Below, one piece after another: positions 16,917-25,924 of a stretch of DNA of 31,784 nucleotides. Source of the stretch: a virus; UHGV virus genome UHGV-0321443; one strand, given 5' to 3'. The notes below the pieces were generated by a model. The model was not told the DNA's origin. It did not search any database and was given only the letters and a program-made list of their open reading frames with translations. The translations under genes and the position numbers were made by a program. Each line of letters starts with the position of its first letter. Positions within the stretch are counted from its first letter, which is position 1.

Positions 16917-19018
16917 TGCTGAATCAGGAAACCGCAAAGGCAGCACGAACCGATTCAGGTTATATCCTTCGCGCACCGAGACGAATGCGGGTTGCTGATG
17001 CCGTTGCTCAGTATATGCGGGTGCCCATGGGGGCAGGGAACTCAGTCCCGTGGGATCCGCTGGTGGCACCGTATGTTATTGAGCCGATGAACTGCCTGGC
17101 CTCGCGTGAATACGACGCAGTGATATTTGTTGGCCCGGCACGAACCGGCAAGACTATCGGCCTGATTGACGGCTGGGTGATTTACAACGTGATTTGCGAT
17201 CCTGCTGATATGCTGATCATTCAGATGACGGAGGAAAAAGCCCGCGAACACTCCAAAAAACGACTTGCCAGAACGTTTCGCGTCAGCCCGGAAGTGGTCA
17301 GTCGCCTGAGTCCGAACAAAAATGACAACAACGTTTATGACAGAACATTCCTTGCTGGTAACTACCTGAAAATCGGCTGGCCGTCAGTCAATATCATGTC
17401 CTCATCAGATTATAAATGCGTCGCGCTGACGGATTATGACCGTTTTCCGGAAGATATTGATGGCGAGGGGGATGCTTTCTCTCTTGCCTCAAAACGTACC
17501 ACCACATTTATGTCCAGTGGTATGACGCTGGTGGAGAGTTCCCCCGGCAGGGATGTGAAGGATGTGAAATGGCGACGGACTTCACCGCATGAGGCTCCAC
17601 CAACCACGGGGATCCTGTCGCTCTATAACCGTGGTGATCGCCGTCGCTGGTACTGGCCCTGTCCACACTGTGGTGAGTATTTTCAGCCCTGCGGCGATGT
17701 GGTTGCTGGTTTCCGTGATATTGCCGATCCCGTGCTGGCAAGTGAGGCGGCTTATATTCAGTGTCCTTCCTGTTCAGGACGGATTATGCCTGAACAAAAA
17801 CGTGAGCTGAACGGACGTGGGGTCTGGTTGCGGGATGGTGAATCCATCAATGCGGATGGCAGTCGTTATGGTGATCCCCGACGCTCACGTATTGCGTCAT
17901 TCTGGATGGAGGGTCCGGCAGCTGCTTACCAGACACTCTCGCAACTCGTTTACAAACTGCTTACTGCAGAACAGGAATACGAGACAACCGGAAGTGAAGA
18001 AACACTCAAGACGGTTATCAATACCGACTGGGGATTACCTTATCTTCCCCGCGCCAGCATGGAGCAACGAAAAAGTGAACTGCTTGAGCAGCGGGCAGAG
18101 CCAGTTCCTTCCCGCAGTGTGCCGGATGGCGTTAATTTCCTTGTGGCGACAGTGGATGTGCAGGCGGGACGTCATCGCCGTTTTGTGGTTCAGGTAACGG
18201 GCTATGGCAGCCGTGGCGAACGCTGGATTATTGATCGTTACAACATCACGCAGTCATTGCGCGGTGACAGTGACGGGGAGAGCCAGCGAATTGATCCGGC
18301 CAGCTATCCGGAAGACTGGGATGTCCTGCTGACGGATGTTTTTCATAAAAGCTGGCCGCTGGCCTCCGATCCTTCTCAACAAATGCGACTGATGGCAATG
18401 GCGGTGGACTCCGGCGGTGAAGACGGGGTCACTGATAATGCCTATAAATTCTGGCGTCGTTGCCGTCGTGATGGCCTTGGTAAACGTATTTACCTGTTTA
18501 AGGGCGACAGCATCCGGCGCGCAAAACTGATCACCCGTACATTCCCTGATAACACCGGACGAACGGGCCGACGGGCGCAGGCCGCAGGTGATGTGCCGCT
18601 CTGGCTTCTTCAGACGGATGCACTGAAAGACCGGGTGAATAACGCGTTATGGCGTGACTCGCCAGGTCCCGGCTATGTGCATTTCCCTGACTGGCTGGGG
18701 AGCTGGTTTTACGACGAACTGACGTATGAAGAGCGGAGCAGTGACGGGAAATGGAGTAAGCCGGGTCGCGGTGCCAACGAAGCTTTTGACCTGATGGTGT
18801 ATGCCGAGGCTCTGGTCATTCTGCATGGATACGAAAAGATCCGCTGGCCGGATGCACCGGAGTGGGCGAGCCGGGAAACCTGGCTGGAGTGTGTCCAGGA
18901 CAGTACCGAACCGTCATCCTCACCGGAACCGGTATCCACGCCTGTTAAAAAACAAAAACGGAAGAAAACAGTAACTGACGATGTTAACCCCTGGCTGACT
19001 TCCGGAGGATGGTTATGA
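16916..19018 (+). CDS. Terminase large subunit (lambda gpA family)
   Basis: 700 aa; Walker A GPARTGKT; CPHCGE motif as in lambda gpA. Confidence 0.9.
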   Translation: MLNQETAKAARTDSGYILRAPRRMRVADAVAQYMRVPMGAGNSVPWDPLVAPYVIEPMNCLASREYDAVIFVGPARTGKTIGLIDGWVIYNVICDPADMLIIQMTEEKAREHSKKRLARTFRVSPEVVSRLSPNKNDNNVYDRTFLAGNYLKIGWPSVNIMSSSDYKCVALTDYDRFPEDIDGEGDAFSLASKRTTTFMSSGMTLVESSPGRDVKDVKWRRTSPHEAPPTTGILSLYNRGDRRRWYWPCPHCGEYFQPCGDVVAGFRDIADPVLASEAAYIQCPSCSGRIMPEQKRELNGRGVWLRDGESINADGSRYGDPRRSRIASFWMEGPAAAYQTLSQLVYKLLTAEQEYETTGSEETLKTVINTDWGLPYLPRASMEQRKSELLEQRAEPVPSRSVPDGVNFLVATVDVQAGRHRRFVVQVTGYGSRGERWIIDRYNITQSLRGDSDGESQRIDPASYPEDWDVLLTDVFHKSWPLASDPSQQMRLMAMAVDSGGEDGVTDNAYKFWRRCRRDGLGKRIYLFKGDSIRRAKLITRTFPDNTGRTGRRAQAAGDVPLWLLQTDALKDRVNNALWRDSPGPGYVHFPDWLGSWFYDELTYEERSSDGKWSKPGRGANEAFDLMVYAEALVILHGYEKIRWPDAPEWASRETWLECVQDSTEPSSSPEPVSTPVKKQKRKKTVTDDVNPWLTSGGWL

Positions 19019-19227
19019 ACCAGAATGATATCGAAGCCATGATTCAGCGTTATATGGAAGCTGAAATGGCGGTGCTGGACGGAAAATCCGTCACCTTTAA
19101 TGGTCAGCAGATGACCATGGAAAACTTATCTGAGATCCGGCAGGGACGGCAGGAGTGGGAGCGCCGCCTTGCGGCTCTGATTACACGACGACGGGGGCAT
19201 CCCGGGTACCGGCTGGCGAGGTTCTGA
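19015..19227 (+). CDS. Head-tail joining protein (gpW-like)
   Basis: Small protein between terminase and portal, ending ...RRRGHPGYRLARF (lambda gpW ends RRRGPAGFYV, from memory); ATGA overlap with the terminase stop. Confidence 0.55.
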   Translation: MNQNDIEAMIQRYMEAEMAVLDGKSVTFNGQQMTMENLSEIRQGRQEWERRLAALITRRRGHPGYRLARF

Positions 19228-20735
19228 TGGCAATTCTTGATGATGTGATTGGCGTTTTTTCACCTGGATGGAAAGCGGCAAGGCTGCGTTCCCGTGCGGT
19301 GATCCAGGCTTATGAAGCCGTAAAAACGACGCGGACACACAAAGCCCGACGGGAGAACCGAACTGCCGACCAGCTAAGCCAGTACGGGGCCGTGTCGTTA
19401 CGTGAGCAGGCCCGTTACCTTGATAACAACCACGATCTGGTTATTGGTGTATTTGACAAGCTGGAAGAACGGGTGGTGGGGAAAAACGGGATTATTGTCG
19501 AGCCACATCCGGTATTACGCAATGGGGCCATTGCCCGTGATCTGGCAGCGGAGATTCGCACCCGATGGAGTGAATGGTCTGTCAGCCCGGAAGTCACCGG
19601 GCAGTTTACCCGTCCGATGCTGGAACGTCTGATGCTGCGTACCTGGCTGCGCGATGGTGAGGTGTTTGCCCAGATGGTTTCCGGGCGCATAAACAGCCTG
19701 ACGCCTTCTGCCGGTGTTCATTTCTGGCTGGAGGCGCTCGAGCCGGACTTTATTCCCATGACCAGTGATGAGAGCAACAGGCTGAATCAGGGCGTGTTTG
19801 TTGATGACTGGGGGCGTCCCGAAAAATATCTGGTGTATAAAAGCCGTCCCGTATCCGGACGGCAGATGGAAACCAAAGAAGTGGATGCAGAGCGAATGCT
19901 GCATCTTAAATTTGTTCGCCGTCTGCACCAGATACGCGGGACGTCTTTGTTGTCCGGTGTGCTGATCCGCCTCAGTGCCCTGAAAGATTATGAAGATTAT
20001 GAGCTGACTGCAGCAAGGATCGCCGCTGCTCTGGGGATGTACATCCGCAAAGGCGACGGGCAGAGCTATGAACCGGATGGTAATGGCAGCAAGGATAAGG
20101 AACGCGAGCTTACCATTCAGCCAGGCATTATTTACGACGATCTGAAACCCGGCGAAGAAATCGGAATGGTGAAGTCGGATCGCCCCAATCCTAACCTTGA
20201 AACTTTTCGTAATGGTCAGTTGCGTGCCGTGGCGGCGGGCAGTCGTCTGAGTTTTTCCAGTACAGCGCGCAACTATAACGGCACTTACAGCGCCCAGCGC
20301 CAGGAGCTGGTTGAATCTACTGATGGCTACCTGATCCTGCAGGACTGGTTTATTGGTGCCGTCACCCGCCCGATGTATCGTGCCTGGCTGAAACAGGCTG
20401 TGGCATCCGGTGTTATCAGGCTACCCCGCGATCTTGACCGTTCTTCACTGTATACCGCGGTGTATTCCGGACCAGTGATGCCGTGGATTGACCCTGTTAA
20501 GGAGGCTGAGGCCTGGAAAATCCAGATTCGTGGTGGAGCGGCGACAGAATCAGACTGGGTACGTGCTGGTGGTCGTAATCCGGATGATGTCAAACGTCGG
20601 CGCAAGGCCGAAATTGATGAAAACCGCAAGCTGGATCTGGTATTTGATACCGATCCGGCCAGTGATAAAGGAGGCAGCAGTGCCGCAACGAAACGACAGG
20701 AGCCGCAGCACACCGACGACCAGTCCGAAGAATAA
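19227..20735 (+). CDS. Portal protein (lambda gpB family)
   Basis: About 500 aa immediately after the W-like gene; start overlaps its stop (TGATG). Confidence 0.8.
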   Translation: MAILDDVIGVFSPGWKAARLRSRAVIQAYEAVKTTRTHKARRENRTADQLSQYGAVSLREQARYLDNNHDLVIGVFDKLEERVVGKNGIIVEPHPVLRNGAIARDLAAEIRTRWSEWSVSPEVTGQFTRPMLERLMLRTWLRDGEVFAQMVSGRINSLTPSAGVHFWLEALEPDFIPMTSDESNRLNQGVFVDDWGRPEKYLVYKSRPVSGRQMETKEVDAERMLHLKFVRRLHQIRGTSLLSGVLIRLSALKDYEDYELTAARIAAALGMYIRKGDGQSYEPDGNGSKDKERELTIQPGIIYDDLKPGEEIGMVKSDRPNPNLETFRNGQLRAVAAGSRLSFSSTARNYNGTYSAQRQELVESTDGYLILQDWFIGAVTRPMYRAWLKQAVASGVIRLPRDLDRSSLYTAVYSGPVMPWIDPVKEAEAWKIQIRGGAATESDWVRAGGRNPDDVKRRRKAEIDENRKLDLVFDTDPASDKGGSSAATKRQEPQHTDDQSEE

Positions 20736-20748
20736 TTCCTGGTTCAGG

Positions 20749-22707
20749 ATGCAGGCTGGTCACCAGAGTGACGCGGATATTTATATTTATGACGAGATTG
20801 GTTTCTGGGGTGTTACAGCGAAGCAGTTTATCAGTGATCTGAATGCACTGGGCGATATCACCCACATTAATCTCCATATCAATTCACCGGGTGGCGATGT
20901 CTTTGAAGGCATCGCCATTTTTAATGCGCTGAAAACACATGGTGCGTCCATTACCGTTTATGTCGACGGTGTGGCGGCGTCAATGGCGTCGGTCATTGCG
21001 ATGGTGGGAAACCCGGTCATTATGCCGGAAAACACCTTCATGATGATTCATAAACCATTTGGCTTTACGGGCGGTGATGCGGAGGACATGCGCACCTATG
21101 CCGACCTGCTCGATAATGTTGAGGCGGTTCTGTTACCCGCTTATGCACAGAAAACCGGGAAAACCACCGATGAAATTGCTGCCATGCTGGCGGATGAGAC
21201 CTGGATGTCCGGTGCCGAATGTCTGGCACATGGATTTGCTGATCAGGTGACGCCAGCCGTTAAGGCAATGGCATGTATTCAGTCAAAACGTACAGAGGAA
21301 TTTAAAAAGATGCCGGAATCCATTCGAAACATGATTACTCCGCCACGCAACAGTGCTCCACGCGTACAGGATGATGAACCTGCAGCCTCCCGGACGCCAG
21401 TGCAGGCAGCAGCACCCGTGGTGGATGAAAACAGTATCCGTGCGCAGGTACTGGCAGAGCAAAAAGCGCGTGTAAACGGTATTAATGATCTGTTTGCCAT
21501 GTTTGGCGGGCGTTATCAGACGCTGCAGGCTCAGTGTCTTGCCGATCCTGAATGTTCGCTGGAGCAGGCCCGCGAAAAGCTGTTGAACGAGATGGGGCGC
21601 GAGTCCACGCCATCCAATAAAAATACACCGGCTCATATTTATGCCGGTAACGGTAATTTTGTGGGGGACGGGATCCGCCAGGCGCTGATGGCGCGTGCCG
21701 GATTTGAAAAAACCGAACGTGATAATGTCTACAACGGGATGACCCTGCGTGAATATGCCCGTATGTCACTGACTGAACGGGGTATTGGGGTTTCCAGTTA
21801 TAACCCGATGCAGATGGTCGGTGCGGCGTTCACACACAGTACGTCTGACTTCGGTAATATTCTGCTGGATGTTGCGAACAAAGCCATTCTGCAGGGCTGG
21901 GAAGATGCTCCTGAAACCTATGAACAGTGGACGCGGAAAGGTCAGTTGTCTGATTTTAAAATTGCCCATCGTGTGGGTATGGGGGGCTTCAGTGCTCTGC
22001 GTCAGGTGCGTGAAGGGGCGGAATATAAATACGTCACCACCGGAGATAAACAGGCCACTATTGCACTGGCGACCTATGGCGAGCTGTTCAGTATCACCCG
22101 TCAGGCCATTATCAATGATGATCTGAATATGCTGACCGATGTCCCGATGAAACTGGGCCGTGCGGCGAAATCCACTATTGCCGATCTGGTTTATGCCATT
22201 CTGACGTCTAACCCGAAAATCTCCACAGATAATGTAAGTCTGTTCGATAAAGCGAAACATGCAAACGTACTGGAGAGCGCTGCAATGGACGTGGCATCGC
22301 TGGATAAAGCCCGCCAGTTGATGCGCGTTCAGAAAGAGGGGGAGCGTCATCTGAATATTCGTCCTGCGTTCGTACTGGTACCGACGGCGATGGAGTCTGT
22401 TGCTAACCAGGTCATTCGCTCCTCAAGTGTCAAGGGGGCTGACATTAACGCCGGTATTATTAACCCGGTGAAAGATTTTGCGACCGTTATTGCAGAGCCT
22501 CGTCTTGATGATAACAGCCAGACCACCTTCTACCTGGCTGCGTCAAAAGGCTCCGATACGATTGAAGTGGCTTATCTCAACGGTGTGGATACGCCATATA
22601 TTGATCAGATGGAGGGCTTCAGTGTGGATGGCGTGACAACGAAAGTGCGTATTGACGCCGGTGTCGCGCCAGTTGATCACCGCGGTCTGGTGAAATGTAC
22701 GGCGTAA
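20749..22707 (+). CDS. Prohead protease (ClpP/S49-like) fused in one ORF to a scaffold/major-capsid-like C-terminal region
   Basis: N-terminal IYIYDEIGFWGV...INSPGGDVFEGIAIFNAL...ASMASVIAMVG is a ClpP-like serine protease signature; long C-terminal region is in the major-capsid position. Confidence 0.7.
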   Translation: MQAGHQSDADIYIYDEIGFWGVTAKQFISDLNALGDITHINLHINSPGGDVFEGIAIFNALKTHGASITVYVDGVAASMASVIAMVGNPVIMPENTFMMIHKPFGFTGGDAEDMRTYADLLDNVEAVLLPAYAQKTGKTTDEIAAMLADETWMSGAECLAHGFADQVTPAVKAMACIQSKRTEEFKKMPESIRNMITPPRNSAPRVQDDEPAASRTPVQAAAPVVDENSIRAQVLAEQKARVNGINDLFAMFGGRYQTLQAQCLADPECSLEQAREKLLNEMGRESTPSNKNTPAHIYAGNGNFVGDGIRQALMARAGFEKTERDNVYNGMTLREYARMSLTERGIGVSSYNPMQMVGAAFTHSTSDFGNILLDVANKAILQGWEDAPETYEQWTRKGQLSDFKIAHRVGMGGFSALRQVREGAEYKYVTTGDKQATIALATYGELFSITRQAIINDDLNMLTDVPMKLGRAAKSTIADLVYAILTSNPKISTDNVSLFDKAKHANVLESAAMDVASLDKARQLMRVQKEGERHLNIRPAFVLVPTAMESVANQVIRSSSVKGADINAGIINPVKDFATVIAEPRLDDNSQTTFYLAASKGSDTIEVAYLNGVDTPYIDQMEGFSVDGVTTKVRIDAGVAPVDHRGLVKCTA

Positions 22708-22793
22708 ACGTCGCAGACAACAACTCTGATGGCCCGTAAGGGCTTTTTTTGTACCTGAAATCAGCCCCTGAACGGGGCTGTGCGGAGACAGTT

Positions 22794-23117
22794 ATGGCAA
22801 AGAATTTTGTAGAAGAAGGAAAAACGGTGGCGATTGTTGCCAGTGCAGCCATCAGCAGCGGAGATCTGGTGCAGGTGGGTGATGTTTTTGCGGTGGCGCT
22901 GACCGATATTCCACAGGGTGAAACAGGCGACGGCATGACCGAAGGTGTGTTTATGCTGCCTAAGCTGAAAACGGATGACATGAAAACGGGTAAGAAGGTT
23001 TATCTGAAGTCCGGAAAAGTTCAGCTGACTAACAGCGGCTCTGATCCGCTGGTCGGGGTTGTCTGGGCAGATGCCGGAACCAGTGCAGAAGAAGTGCCGG
23101 TAAAACTCAATGTCTGA
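22794..23117 (+). CDS. Putative head decoration/stabilisation protein
   Basis: Small Gly/Val-rich protein immediately after the capsid gene; SD GGAGA before the ATG at 22794. Confidence 0.45.
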   Translation: MAKNFVEEGKTVAIVASAAISSGDLVQVGDVFAVALTDIPQGETGDGMTEGVFMLPKLKTDDMKTGKKVYLKSGKVQLTNSGSDPLVGVVWADAGTSAEEVPVKLNV

Positions 23118-23385
23118 TCCCTTTTCCCGGCTGGCAGCGCGTATGGATGCGATCACGGTCAGAAAGATGGGAAAGACAGCCTCGATTAATGATGTCGATA
23201 TGACTGTGATCCCGGGAGAAACACTGGCAGAGCTGAATGCTCTGTCCGGACCTGCGGTCTCTCTGGTGGTGTTTTCTTCGGGATACCGCCCACGGCGCGG
23301 GGATCGCGTTGTTTATGACGGACAACAATGGACGGTCACACGGCATGAACGCTTTAACGGTAAACCAATGATCTTTATTGAGTAA
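23110..23385 (+). CDS. Head-tail connector (FII-like)
   Basis: Position and size; C-terminal RRGDRVVYDGQQWTVTRHE resembles gpFII-type proteins. Confidence 0.5.
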   Translation: MSDPFSRLAARMDAITVRKMGKTASINDVDMTVIPGETLAELNALSGPAVSLVVFSSGYRPRRGDRVVYDGQQWTVTRHERFNGKPMIFIE

Positions 23386-23396
23386 AGAGGTGTGGG

Positions 23397-23987
23397 ATGA
23401 AGGGGCTTGAGAATGCCATCCGCAATCTGAACAGCCTTGATACCCGTATGGTGCCACAGGCCAGCGCATGGGCGATAAACCGTGTGGCACAGAAAGCGGT
23501 CTCGGTTGCCACCCGGCAGGTTGCCGGGAATACCGTTGCGGGAGATAACCAAGTGAAAGGGATCCCCCTGAAACTGGTACGTCAGCGTGTCCGGGTGTTT
23601 AAAGCCAGTCCGTCAGGAAAAATGACGGCCAGGATCCGCGTTAACCGGGGCAATCTGCCCGCCATCAAACTGAACACAACACGGCGGCGTGCTGGTGAAG
23701 GACTGAGAGTGGGAAAATACTTTTTCCGGGGGGCATTTGTTCAGCAACTGGCGAATGGCCGCTGGCATGTTCTGAGGCGTCTTCCTGAAGCGCGTTTTGC
23801 AACAGGGCATGACCATCAGGGCAGGCCAAGAAAAAATCGTCTTCCTGTGGAGGTAGTGAAAATCCCGCTGTCCGGACCGCTGACACAGGCATTTGAAGAT
23901 GCCCGCGACCGCATCATTGCTGCGGAAATGCCGAAACAGCTGGGGTATGCACTGAAACAACAACTGAGATTATGGCTGACCCGATGA
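23397..23987 (+). CDS. Tail completion protein (gpZ-like)
   Basis: Position between the head-tail joining and tail-terminator genes; assigned by gene order. Confidence 0.5.
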   Translation: MKGLENAIRNLNSLDTRMVPQASAWAINRVAQKAVSVATRQVAGNTVAGDNQVKGIPLKLVRQRVRVFKASPSGKMTARIRVNRGNLPAIKLNTTRRRAGEGLRVGKYFFRGAFVQQLANGRWHVLRRLPEARFATGHDHQGRPRKNRLPVEVVKIPLSGPLTQAFEDARDRIIAAEMPKQLGYALKQQLRLWLTR

Positions 23988-24385
23988 ACCGACATACACA
24001 AATCCGCCAGGTCGTACTGGCACGCCTTCGGGAACAGTGTGGAGACAGCGCCACGTTTTTTGACGGGCTTCCGGCATTTATTGATGCGCAGGAACTGCCT
24101 GCCGTGGCGGTGTGGCTGAGTGATGCTCAGTACACCGGAAAAATGACGGATGAAGATGACTGGCAGGCTGTTCTGCATATTGCTGTCTTCATCCGGGCAC
24201 AGGCACCGGATTCAGAGCTGGATATGTGGATGGAGAGCACCATTTTCCCGGCCCTGAATGATGTACCGGCACTTTCCGGACTCATCGACACCCTGATCCC
24301 ACTCGGTTTTAACTATCAACGTGATAATGAGATGGCCACCTGGGCGATGGCGGAAATCACGTACCAGATCACGTACACGAATTAA
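23984..24385 (+). CDS. Tail terminator protein (gpU-like)
   Basis: ATGA overlap with the upstream stop; immediately precedes the major tail gene. Confidence 0.5.
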   Translation: MNRHTQIRQVVLARLREQCGDSATFFDGLPAFIDAQELPAVAVWLSDAQYTGKMTDEDDWQAVLHIAVFIRAQAPDSELDMWMESTIFPALNDVPALSGLIDTLIPLGFNYQRDNEMATWAMAEITYQITYTN

Positions 24386-24395
24386 GGAGGTGGCA

Positions 24396-25139
24396 ATGAC
24401 CACACCAAATCCACTGGCAAAGACGAAAGGTGCGGGGACGACGTTCTGGATGTATACCGGCAACGGCGACGCATTTGCGAACCCTTTGTCGGACACTGAC
24501 TGGCTGCGTCTTGCGATGGTGAAGGATCTGCAACCTGGCGAAATGACCGCTGATGCAGAAGATGATACTTATCTCGATGATGAAGATGCAGACTGGAAAA
24601 CGACAACCCAGGGGCAGAAATCAGTCGGTGATACTTCGGCGACGCTGGCCTGGCGTCCGGGTGACAGCGGGCAGAAAAAACTGGTTCAGTTGTTCGACTC
24701 CGGTGAAGTCTGCGCGTTTCGTATCAAATATCCCAACGGTACTGTTGATGTTTTCCGTGGCTGGCTGAGTTCACTGGGTAAAACCATTGCCTCAAAAGAC
24801 GTGATGACCCGCACTGTGAAAATCAGCGGTGTGGGGCGTCCGTATCTGGCAGAGGAAGGCACTGAAACAGTGAGCGTTACCGGGCTGACGGTGGCACCGG
24901 CATCTGCCAGTGTAAAAGTGGGAGCAACCACCACGCTGACCTTTACAGTAAAACCTGACGGAGCCAGTGACAAAGCGATCAGTGTGCATTCGTCAGATCC
25001 ACAGACTGCCACGGTGACCCTGAACGGGCTTGTAGCCACGGTGAAAGGCGTGAAGCAGGGCAGTGTCAGCATTGTGGGTATGACTTCTGACGGCGATTTT
25101 GTGGCCGTGGCTGCGGTGACTGTCAGCGCCGCAGGTTAA
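24396..25139 (+). CDS. Major tail protein (gpV-like) with C-terminal Ig-like (Big_2-type) domain
   Basis: SD GGAGG; C-terminal VTGLTVAPASASVKVGATTTLTFTVKPDGASDKAISVHSSDPQTATV is a typical Big_2 pattern. Confidence 0.75.
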   Translation: MTTPNPLAKTKGAGTTFWMYTGNGDAFANPLSDTDWLRLAMVKDLQPGEMTADAEDDTYLDDEDADWKTTTQGQKSVGDTSATLAWRPGDSGQKKLVQLFDSGEVCAFRIKYPNGTVDVFRGWLSSLGKTIASKDVMTRTVKISGVGRPYLAEEGTETVSVTGLTVAPASASVKVGATTTLTFTVKPDGASDKAISVHSSDPQTATVTLNGLVATVKGVKQGSVSIVGMTSDGDFVAVAAVTVSAAG

Positions 25140-25196
25140 CAGGACGATACTCATCATTTGCCCCGGTTATCCGGGGCTTTTTTGCAGGTGGAGAAC

Positions 25197-25586
25197 ATGA
25201 TGTTTCTGAAACAGGGCACGTTTAATTATGAAAAACAGTCCGTGGTGCTCAGTGAGCTGTCCGGGCTGCAGAGAATTGAATATCTGGCGTTTGTTCAGCA
25301 GCGAACGGCAAAGTTTGATGCCGGTGAGGGAGAACTGCCGGAGGCTGAACGACAGATTGCTTTTCTGCGGATGGGGATGGATATCAATGCCTGGCTGGTT
25401 TCCCGCTCACTGTGGAATGCGGAACAGTCTCAGGATGTTGAGACGCTTTACGCATCCGTTATTACAACATGGTCGTATGATGCCCTGGGTGCGGGGGCGG
25501 AGATGGTTCTGTCGCTGAGCGGTATGGGGGCCATTGATAATGCCGGGGATGATGAGCATGAGGCGCTGACGCCGGAAAAGTCATGA
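25197..25586 (+). CDS. Tail assembly chaperone G
   Basis: MMFLKQGTFNYEKQSVVLSELSGLQRIEYLAFVQQR resembles the lambda gpG N-terminus (MFLKTESFEHNGVTVTLSELSALQRIEHLA, from memory). Confidence 0.75.
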   Translation: MMFLKQGTFNYEKQSVVLSELSGLQRIEYLAFVQQRTAKFDAGEGELPEAERQIAFLRMGMDINAWLVSRSLWNAEQSQDVETLYASVITTWSYDALGAGAEMVLSLSGMGAIDNAGDDEHEALTPEKS

Positions 25587-25924
25587 CGCGGGAAATGCAG
25601 TTTGTCATGCGGCTTGCCCGGGAGTTCCGGCGGGCAGACTGGCGGCGGATGCTGTCGGAAATGTCGGCCACTGAGCTTGGTGAGTGGGGCGATTATTTCC
25701 GGATGCAGAGCTTCAGTGATGTGTGGATGGATGCGCAGTTTGCCTCGCTGAAGGCATTGATCGTGAGAATGGTGTCCGGCAGCAGTGATGCTGCGGTGGC
25801 TGATTTCAGCCTTTTACCGGAAGAGAACGGGATACCGGAGCGAACGGACGAAGAACTGATGCATCTTGGGGAAGGTATTTCCGGAGGTGTGCGTTATGGA
25901 CCAGATAGCCAACCTGGTCATTGA
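25562..25924 (+). CDS. T segment of the G-T tail assembly protein, reached by -1 programmed frameshift from G
   Basis: -1 frame is open from 25562 and overlaps the end of G; GGAAAAG at 25574..25580 is one nucleotide off the lambda slippery site GGGAAAG. Confidence 0.5.
   Translation, partial: GADAGKVMTREMQFVMRLAREFRRADWRRMLSEMSATELGEWGDYFRMQSFSDVWMDAQFASLKALIVRMVSGSSDAAVADFSLLPEENGIPERTDEELMHLGEGISGGVRYGPDSQPGH

Noticed and set aside
20488-20748. N-terminal extension of the protease-capsid ORF back to 20488
   Set aside because: It would overlap the portal gene by about 250 bp in another frame; the ATG at 20749 just after the portal stop is the more parsimonious start.
21766-22350. Minus-strand 194-aa ORF (and others) within the capsid region
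   Set aside because: Antisense to the coding region in the middle of a co-directional structural operon; no SD.
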